A DNA stretch of 64,000 bases. It comes from Bacteroidales bacterium (GTDB taxonomy: Bacteria; Bacteroidota; Bacteroidia; Bacteroidales; UBA3663). The position numbers and the translations under genes were made by a program. Numbering within the stretch: the stretch's first letter is position 1; every line of letters begins with the position of its first letter. Shown piece by piece: positions 18,384-24,773 of this stretch. The notes beneath the pieces are model-generated. The model did no database searches, was not told where the DNA came from, and was given only the letters and a program-made list of their open reading frames with translations. The stretch lies in assembly GCA_016293065.1 (NCBI GenBank), contig JAEDEY010000001.1:7156-71155 (forward strand), in the 5' to 3' direction.

Positions 18384-18596
18384 ATGAAACAGAAACTCGC
18401 ACTCGCCTCATGGGTCGTAGCCGTAATCCTCTCGGTCGTAGCCTTACTGCTGCCGCCCACTGGAGTCATCGACCATTCGGTCATCATCCTCGTCGCTCAG
18501 TTCCTTCTTCTCTGTGCCACTTTCCTCGGTGTCGATAGCTACGTCAACATGATCAAGTCGCACCATGGCAAATCTGAGGAGAATCGACTACAGTAG
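18384..18596 (+). CDS. Hypothetical 70-aa two-TM membrane protein with a charged C-terminal tail
   Basis: ATG-started ORF with two hydrophobic helices ('LALASWVVAVILSVVALLL', 'VIILVAQFLLLCATFLGV') and the tail 'KSHHGKSEENRLQ'. A strong terminator follows. No family is recognised. Confidence 0.45.
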   Translation: MKQKLALASWVVAVILSVVALLLPPTGVIDHSVIILVAQFLLLCATFLGVDSYVNMIKSHHGKSEENRLQ

Positions 18597-18622
18597 TTGT
18601 AGTTGTTGTATCTAATAAATGG

Positions 18623-18668
18623 TTATTGGCTAAGATGTATGCTGTTTTTAGCCAATAATCTTTTTTTA
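18623..18668 (+). terminator. Rho-independent (potentially bidirectional) terminator
   Basis: 11-bp perfect stem TTATTGGCTAA (18623-18633) / TTAGCCAATAA (18648-18658), followed by TCTTTTTTT. It lies between convergent genes. Confidence 0.8.
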
Positions 18669-19679
18669 TATCACTTTCTTTGCGCCTGGAATGAGGCGAA
18701 TCAGCCATGCGTTGAGGAAAGACACTATGGCAGTAGCCACGCCGATGAACAGGAATTTGGCGAAAGCACCCATCCACAGACCATCGCACAGATATTGTAT
18801 GCCGAGCATCAGGGGCAAGTGGAAGACGTAGGCTCCATAGCTCTGTTGGGCGAGCCATTGCATCACGGCGTTCTCCTTGTTGGCATATTGGCGGAAGATC
18901 CAAAGCAATCCGAAGCTGATAAAGACGCACATGAGCGACTCATAGACACCGAACCATTGCCACACGAGTTCGTCCCATGGGAAGGTGCCACGCAGATAGT
19001 GGTCGAGGGCAAGGAGGAGACCGATTGCCAATGCCGTTGCCCCTGTCTTGTTGTTCATCTTATCAAGCCAGTCGAAGCGATAGGCAAGAATACCGAGCAC
19101 GAACATCATCACATACTGAAGATAGTGGGCAGGCTCGAGGACCAGAACCCATAGCGAAATCCAGTGATCCTGAGGACTTGCTTCCCTGATGATCCAACTG
19201 CCAAATCCCATGATGAGAGCTGCGGCAGTCAGTCCGATGATTGTTGGACGCGAATTGCATTGATTGTCGATAGGCTTGGCTGCCAGTCGGAATAAGGCAT
19301 ATAGGATGCAGAAGAATAGCAGGTTCTCGACAAACCACATGTGCGCCAGTTCGAACTTGCCGGTGCAGAAAGAGATGACAGAGCCCATCGCGACGAGCGG
19401 TACTCCAAGTCGGAGCAGTTTCTTCTTGATGAATGTGGCGAAGCCCTGATGGTCGAAGCTGCGTGGGATGAAATAGCCCGAGATGAAGAAGTAGAGTCCC
19501 ATGAAGAACGAAGCATTTACGGCGAAGAAATGCCATATCCATGGTAAGAATTCGTCGTTGTTGGATGGAGTATATGGCCAACCTCCTCCTTGTCCGTAAG
19601 CCTGTCCGGCATGATGGAAAATCACTAAAAGGGTCAACATCACTTTGATGTTGTCAAGATAAGTAAGTCTCTGTTTCAT
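18666..19679 (-). CDS. Acyltransferase family 3 (OafA/YrhL-like) membrane protein
   Basis: N-terminus 'YLDNIKVMLTLLVIFHHAGQAY' and about 10 TM helices. 337 aa. Confidence 0.8.
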   Translation of the reverse strand: MKQRLTYLDNIKVMLTLLVIFHHAGQAYGQGGGWPYTPSNNDEFLPWIWHFFAVNASFFMGLYFFISGYFIPRSFDHQGFATFIKKKLLRLGVPLVAMGSVISFCTGKFELAHMWFVENLLFFCILYALFRLAAKPIDNQCNSRPTIIGLTAAALIMGFGSWIIREASPQDHWISLWVLVLEPAHYLQYVMMFVLGILAYRFDWLDKMNNKTGATALAIGLLLALDHYLRGTFPWDELVWQWFGVYESLMCVFISFGLLWIFRQYANKENAVMQWLAQQSYGAYVFHLPLMLGIQYLCDGLWMGAFAKFLFIGVATAIVSFLNAWLIRLIPGAKKVI

Positions 19680-19764
19680 AATGTCAGCATTTTTCTTTTA
19701 TTCTTGTAAATGTTGTTAGCATGATATTGATTAGCCGTATCTGGCAGAGGTAATGTCAAATGGC

Positions 19765-20169
19765 TCAATCTGCCAAATCCTTCATTTTCGACAATATCTC
19801 GTCTCTGATACGTCGGAACTGTGGCAAAACCTCATCCTCCGATCCCTTGAAAGAATCTGGATCTTCGAACCCTATGTGCAGGCGCTTGCTCACCTTGCCT
19901 GAGAATACAGGACAAGACTCTTTTGCTCCGCCACACACTGTAATGACATAGTCCCATTCCTGACCTGTGTATTGGTCGAGCGATTTTGGATAGTGTTGGC
20001 TGATGTCTATTCCAATTTCGCCCATCACCTTGATTGCCAAAGGGTGTACCTCGTTTGCAGGTTTAGTTCCCGCAGAACATACATTCCAGTCGGGGTGGAG
20101 CGATTGGAGTATTCCGTGAGCCATCTGGCTACGGCAACGATTGCCTGTGCAAATTACTAAACAGTTCAT
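19765..20169 (-). CDS. arsC: Arsenate reductase / low-molecular-weight phosphotyrosine phosphatase family
   Basis: 'MNCLVICTGNRCRSQMAHG' carries the CX5R(S) P-loop. The start is taken at internal ATG 20169, because the ORF-track extension to 20280 runs through the tRNA promoter region. Confidence 0.8.
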   Translation of the reverse strand: MNCLVICTGNRCRSQMAHGILQSLHPDWNVCSAGTKPANEVHPLAIKVMGEIGIDISQHYPKSLDQYTGQEWDYVITVCGGAKESCPVFSGKVSKRLHIGFEDPDSFKGSEDEVLPQFRRIRDEILSKMKDLAD

Positions 20170-20261
20170 CAAAAAGACAAATTTGAAGGATATTTGTAGA
20201 AATATTGAATAAAAATTCAAAAAAAGTGCATTGATAATTTGGAAATGTGAAATTCTTTCAT

Positions 20262-20269
20262 TATCTTTG
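20262..20269 (+). promoter_or_regulatory. -7 box TATCTTTG directly upstream of the tRNA
   Basis: TAnnTTTG match ending 16 nt before tRNA position 1. Confidence 0.55.
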
Positions 20270-20285
20270 CAAAAAATCATAGATT

Positions 20286-20357
20286 GGTCCTATCGAATAT
20301 CGGTTAGTTCGTCAGATTTTCATTCTGAAAAGCCGGGTTCGACTCCCGGTAGGACTA
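20286..20357 (+). tRNA. tRNA-Glu (anticodon UUC), 72 nt, CCA not encoded
   Basis: Manual cloverleaf. Acceptor GGTCCTA/TAGGACT (G1-U72 wobble). D arm GAAT-ATCGGTTA-GTTC (GG in loop, U13-G22). Anticodon arm TCAGA-TTTTCAT-TCTGA (U33, TTC, A37). 4-nt variable loop. T arm CCGGG-TTCGACT-CCCGG. Discriminator A. Confidence 0.75.
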
Positions 20358-20362
20358 CAATT

Positions 20363-21109
20363 TCACTCAAATAATCGTTCGATCAGCAGCAAGGTCATGA
20401 ACCCGATGAGCAGAGCATAGGTAGCCTGCTTCTGATGTCCATGAGCATGTGTCTCGGGAATCATCTCATCACTTGTCACATAGAGCATCGCACCGCCAGC
20501 GAATCCGAGCATTACAGGCAATAATGTCTGTGATATGTTGCCCATGCCAAAGCCAATCCACACACCGACAATCTCGAGCAGACCGATGACTACGGATATG
20601 ACGAACGTGCGCAGAGGCTTGACTCCAGCGAGAAGCAACGGAGCGATGATGACCATGCCTTCGGGCACATTCTGCAATGCAATGCCTATGCTTACTGTCC
20701 ACGATGCTGTCTGGGCATCGCTGATGCTCACACCTGCAGCCATTCCTTCGGGAAGTTTATGCAAGGCGATAGCCATGACAAAGAGAAGCACATGGTTGAG
20801 CTTGGCATTGTTGTGATGTTCGGCTTCGTCAAGGCCTGTCACATGATGAAGATGGGGTGTGACAAGGTCGAGCACATTGAGAAACATAGCTCCAATCATC
20901 ACGCCTGCAACTACCCACCACCACTGAGAAGAGAGATCGAAAGCTGGTACTATAAGACCAATAGTCGAAGCAGCAAGCATGACACCTGCACAAAAGCCAA
21001 GGATGGTGTCGTTGGCCTTGTGGGGAAGATCCTTGATAAGGAAGCCTATTATACTGCCAATTACGGATGCCACGCATAGTCCCGCAGCGCTAATCCAAAT
21101 ATGATGCAT
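20363..21109 (-). CDS. ZIP family divalent-metal transporter (ZupT-like)
   Basis: Eight TM helices with 'HKLPEGMAAG' and 'ALQNVPEGM' motifs and a His-rich loop 'HLHHVTGLDEAEHHNN'. Confidence 0.85.
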   Translation of the reverse strand: MHHIWISAAGLCVASVIGSIIGFLIKDLPHKANDTILGFCAGVMLAASTIGLIVPAFDLSSQWWWVVAGVMIGAMFLNVLDLVTPHLHHVTGLDEAEHHNNAKLNHVLLFVMAIALHKLPEGMAAGVSISDAQTASWTVSIGIALQNVPEGMVIIAPLLLAGVKPLRTFVISVVIGLLEIVGVWIGFGMGNISQTLLPVMLGFAGGAMLYVTSDEMIPETHAHGHQKQATYALLIGFMTLLLIERLFE

Positions 21110-21125
21110 AGCAATTAATGTGGAT

Positions 21126-21773
21126 TTACTCGATAAATGAGAACGTCACATCTTCGAATTCGTTCATATAATCGATGAGCTTGGATGTTGACACGTCTCG
21201 ACGCACTTTCATTTCGATCTTTGCCTCGAAGATGATGCCATGGGAGGTGTGACGGTCTTTTAGTTCGTAAGAGAGGAGTTCAAGACATTCTTCCTTGATC
21301 TGGGCAATTACGGTCTTTATGCTTTCCTTGTTGGACGAAGAGAATGTCAATGCCACGGCAGTTGCACCAACACGAGGAATGAAGATATTGAGCACCTCAA
21401 GACCGACTAACACCAATGCAGTGGCGATGACTGCCATCAGCAACATTCCAGCACCACAGGCTAATCCGATGGCGGCTGTGACCCAAAGACCTGCGGCTGT
21501 GGTCAGTCCTCGTATGACATTCTTCTGGAAGATGATCATGCCTGCACCAAGAAATCCTATGCCCGATACTACTTGAGCAGCAACGCGTGAGGCATCTTTC
21601 ATCTCTTCTCCAAAGCCATATTGTGACACGACACAGAACAATGCACTACCAACGCTCACAAGAAAATGAGTGCGAAAGCCAGCAGCTTTAGCACGGAACT
21701 CACGCTCGATGCCGATGAGACCGCCTAACAGCAATGCGACTACTAAACGAATTGAAAGATCTAAGACATCCAT
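21126..21773 (-). CDS. MgtC/SapB family membrane protein
   Basis: 'LVVALLLGGLIGIEREFRAKAAGFRTHFLV' N-terminal MgtC domain plus a soluble ACT-like C-terminal domain. Confidence 0.85.
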   Translation of the reverse strand: MDVLDLSIRLVVALLLGGLIGIEREFRAKAAGFRTHFLVSVGSALFCVVSQYGFGEEMKDASRVAAQVVSGIGFLGAGMIIFQKNVIRGLTTAAGLWVTAAIGLACGAGMLLMAVIATALVLVGLEVLNIFIPRVGATAVALTFSSSNKESIKTVIAQIKEECLELLSYELKDRHTSHGIIFEAKIEMKVRRDVSTSKLIDYMNEFEDVTFSFIE

Positions 21774-21775
21774 AA

Positions 21776-23044
21776 TTACAAAAGAGACTTCAGCAATGAA
21801 CGAAGTTCGTCGGCAGTGATTGCCGAACCTACAATCTTGCCCTCAGGACACACTACATAGAAAGCAGGAATCCAGTGGAGCTTATATGCCTGATATGTAG
21901 GGTCTTCGCGAGTGTTATTGAGGTTACTGACCTGAGGCCATTCGAACTGTTCCTTGTCGAGAAGGGCAAGCCAAGCTTCGCGCTTGAAGTCGAACGACAC
22001 GCTGAGGAACTCTATTGGGAGCTGTTCCTTTCCGACCTTCCAGTCGCGAGACTCAGTATATAGCTCCTTGAGCGCAGGAATTTCGCGACGACAGTCGCCA
22101 CACCATGATGCCCAGAAGTCGATAACGACGTACTTCCCCTTGTAGTCGGCCAATGAGATAGTCTTGCCCTCTGGTGTCGGTGCAGAAAGCTCAGGTGCTG
22201 TTTCGCCTCGCTTGAGTTCAGGAGCATAGGCCATCTTGGCGAGATAGAACTTGACGATGAGGTCGGAGATGCTGTCAAGCGACTGAGAGAATCCATGGTC
22301 TTCGCCAGGGAGATAGTGGTATTCTGAGAGCGGATAGATCTTGTGGTAGCGTTCGCCATAGGTGTAAGGTACAACTTTGTCGTTGTTGCCATGGAAGATG
22401 GCAGCAGGCCCCTGATAGCCAGCAGCAGTTTCGTAAATTGGGAGGCTGAATGCAGTCTTGATATAGTTCTTGCCAAGCTTCAACCCGCCGAACAGTTCGA
22501 CATCTTCTGTGAGGGTAAGAGGGTCGTACACTTTGCCGAAAGTATTGCCACGTATGGCATCTTCGCGAAGGACAGCAGCAGGAGCCATGAGCACGAGTGC
22601 CGACACCTTGTCGTCGCCAAGTTCGCCTGCAGCCATGCTTGCCACTACGCCACCCTGAGAGTGTCCGAGGAATCCGATCTTAGAAACGAAAGGAAGAGAC
22701 GACACATACTCATATATAGCCTTAGCATCTTCTATCTCGTTGGGCACAGTCATGTTCTGGAAGAGGCCTTCGCTCTCGCCATGACCATTGAAATCGAAGC
22801 GCACGGAAGCGACTTTGCTATTTACGAGTTTGTTAGCAATCAGTTCATGCATTCCACCTTTATTGCCACAAAAACCATGCATCTGTATTACTACAGGACA
22901 TTTCTGACCTTCCTTCAAAGTAGGCTGTTCGACAATGACAGAGAGTTTGCCCATCGAGCCTTGAACGGTGGTCTGGGTTGTAATCTTCTGTGCGAAAAGA
23001 TTGCTGGCAATGAAAGCCAGAGAAAAAATTAGAAACTTTTTCAT
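21776..23044 (-). CDS. Secreted fusion protein: alpha/beta-hydrolase domain plus TlpA-like thioredoxin domain
   Basis: Signal peptide 'MKKFLIFSLAFIASNLFAQ', nucleophile elbow 'GHSQGG', and C-terminal 'VIDFWASWCGDCRREIPAL' (CxxC thioredoxin fold). Confidence 0.75.
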   Translation of the reverse strand: MKKFLIFSLAFIASNLFAQKITTQTTVQGSMGKLSVIVEQPTLKEGQKCPVVIQMHGFCGNKGGMHELIANKLVNSKVASVRFDFNGHGESEGLFQNMTVPNEIEDAKAIYEYVSSLPFVSKIGFLGHSQGGVVASMAAGELGDDKVSALVLMAPAAVLREDAIRGNTFGKVYDPLTLTEDVELFGGLKLGKNYIKTAFSLPIYETAAGYQGPAAIFHGNNDKVVPYTYGERYHKIYPLSEYHYLPGEDHGFSQSLDSISDLIVKFYLAKMAYAPELKRGETAPELSAPTPEGKTISLADYKGKYVVIDFWASWCGDCRREIPALKELYTESRDWKVGKEQLPIEFLSVSFDFKREAWLALLDKEQFEWPQVSNLNNTREDPTYQAYKLHWIPAFYVVCPEGKIVGSAITADELRSLLKSLL

Positions 23045-23074
23045 GACGATATAATAATAAAATGCTAATCAGAA

Positions 23075-24397
23075 TTATTGATATGCTTTGCGGTCGAGCT
23101 TGCCATTGTATGTGCGTTTGATTGCATCGACGAGTTCAATGCTTTGTGGCACCTTGTAGTTCTCGAGTCGCGCTGCTATATGCTGAACGAGCTGTTGCTT
23201 ATCGAACGAGTCGGCATCTTTTGGCACTATGAGCAGACGCACTATATTGCCCATCACTGGATGGGACTTTGGCAGGCAGATACAGTCGGAGACAGCAGGG
23301 AAGGCGAGGGCTACGCTTTCGACTTCGGAAGGAGAGACCTTCAGTGCTCCAACGTTGATGACATCTCCGTCGCGTCCTTCGATGACAAGCATTCCGTCGT
23401 CGTCGATGTGAGCTAAATCGTTGGTATATATCTTACCGTCTTTCAATACATTGGCTGTGAGTTCTGGAGCATTGACATAACAGCTCATCTGTCCACCGTT
23501 CTGGCACACTACCTTGCCATCGACAATCTCGAACGACGCATGTTTCATCGGCGTGCCACAGCAAGAGTTCTTGTGCTTGCCATCGTTGAAGTTGTAGGTG
23601 CAAATCATTCCACACTCCGACGAAGCATAGGTGTTGAAAAGTCGTGTGTGGGGTAAAGTCTCGGCAAGCATCTGCATATCGGCTGACGATATGGGAGCTC
23701 CTCCTGTCTCGATGAAATCGATCTTTTCGCACAATGCAGCCAAGCGCTTGCGTGACAGGAGCAGCAGCATACGGATGCTGGCTGGTACAAGGAAGCAAGC
23801 CGTCTTGTGTGGACCATAACCCATAGCGTCGAAGAAGAGATTGACATCCTTCATGTCTTCGAGCACATAGAGCGTTGCACCAACCATCATTGTAGGAATA
23901 ACTTTCGACCAGTTGCCCGAGTGGTTGATTGGTCCAGTGATGACAAAGGTGAGGTCAGACTTGAATCCAAGAGCGAAGACTAGATTCTCGCCATTGCAGA
24001 GGATGGCTCTACGGCTGATTAGCACTCCCTTAGACACACCTGTCGTGCCTGTGGTATAAAGGATGTCGGAATCGGTCTTAGGGTTGAATTTCAAGCCATG
24101 GACATCTCTGCTGATTTGAAGGAAACGTTGATCGGATACACCTTTTTCGAGCGGACAAACAACAGCGCCGAGATAATGTATGGCGAAATAGGTGACAAGA
24201 TAGTCGAGCGACTGTTGCGAACGTGTCACATAGACATCGCCAGCCGACAACCCCTCGCGACGCAGTGCCTCGGCTCGTTTCAGGATTAGACTCCACAGCC
24301 TGGCATAGGTTGTTGCCTTGCCTTGTGCCACTATGGCAATCTTGTCGGGTGTATTGAGCGAATGCTCGAAGATATATTGTTCGAGGCTTTGTTTCAT
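23075..24397 (-). CDS. Adenylate-forming (ANL superfamily) carrier-protein ligase / acyl- or aminoacyl-AMP ligase
   Basis: Core motifs 'YTTGTTGVSKGV' (A3), 'NTYASSECG' (A5), 'GRDGDVINVGALKVSPSEVE' (A8) and 'NGKLDRKA' (A10). 440 aa, short and DltA-sized. The start overlaps the ACP stop by 4 nt. Confidence 0.8.
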   Translation of the reverse strand: MKQSLEQYIFEHSLNTPDKIAIVAQGKATTYARLWSLILKRAEALRREGLSAGDVYVTRSQQSLDYLVTYFAIHYLGAVVCPLEKGVSDQRFLQISRDVHGLKFNPKTDSDILYTTGTTGVSKGVLISRRAILCNGENLVFALGFKSDLTFVITGPINHSGNWSKVIPTMMVGATLYVLEDMKDVNLFFDAMGYGPHKTACFLVPASIRMLLLLSRKRLAALCEKIDFIETGGAPISSADMQMLAETLPHTRLFNTYASSECGMICTYNFNDGKHKNSCCGTPMKHASFEIVDGKVVCQNGGQMSCYVNAPELTANVLKDGKIYTNDLAHIDDDGMLVIEGRDGDVINVGALKVSPSEVESVALAFPAVSDCICLPKSHPVMGNIVRLLIVPKDADSFDKQQLVQHIAARLENYKVPQSIELVDAIKRTYNGKLDRKAYQ

Positions 24398-24621
24398 TGT
24401 TTCTCAGCAAGTTTCTTTTCGACAAGGGCAACAAGAGAATCGAGCGACTTGAGGTTCTTGGGAGTAGCGTATGAGCTGTCGAGATCGATGTCGAAAGCTG
24501 CTGACAACTCCATGAGGATAGTAGTCACGCCAAGCGAGTCAAGTTCGCCGTACAGATGTTCTGATTCAATATCAACAAGTGGTAATGCCTCTTCGAGGAT
24601 CTCTCTTATTCTTTCTTTCAT
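24394..24621 (-). CDS. Acyl/peptidyl carrier protein (75 aa)
   Basis: 'GELDSLGVTTILMEL' carries the DSL phosphopantetheine-attachment serine. Start at internal ATG 24621; the ORF-track extension to 24846 is AT-rich promoter DNA. Confidence 0.8.
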   Translation of the reverse strand: MKERIREILEEALPLVDIESEHLYGELDSLGVTTILMELSAAFDIDLDSSYATPKNLKSLDSLVALVEKKLAEKQ

Positions 24622-24649
24622 ACTATTTTGAATTTTAATAATTAATATG

Positions 24650-24657
24650 CAAAGATA
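24650..24657 (-). promoter_or_regulatory. -7 box TATCTTTG (minus strand) upstream of the ACP-ligase string
   Basis: The plus strand reads CAAAGATA, 29 nt upstream of ATG 24621. Confidence 0.55.
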
Positions 24658-24740
24658 AACATTTATTACAAAATATTGATGAAATAGACTATTAATTGTA
24701 GTATTTGTTGGCAAATATGATAAATAACCCCAATTTTTGT

Positions 24741-24748
24741 TATATTTG
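24741..24748 (+). promoter_or_regulatory. -7 box TATATTTG upstream of the MMPL-like exporter
   Basis: TAnnTTTG match 26 nt upstream of ATG 24774. An A8 run lies in the leader. Confidence 0.55.
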
Positions 24749-24773
24749 CAGAAAAAAAAGCAAAGAAAAGAAT

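Noticed and set aside
20170-20280. N-terminal extension of the arsC ORF
   Set aside because: It runs through AT-rich spacer and the tRNA promoter box. The catalytic CX5R loop begins 5 residues after the internal Met at 20169, as in normal LMW-PTP/ArsC proteins.
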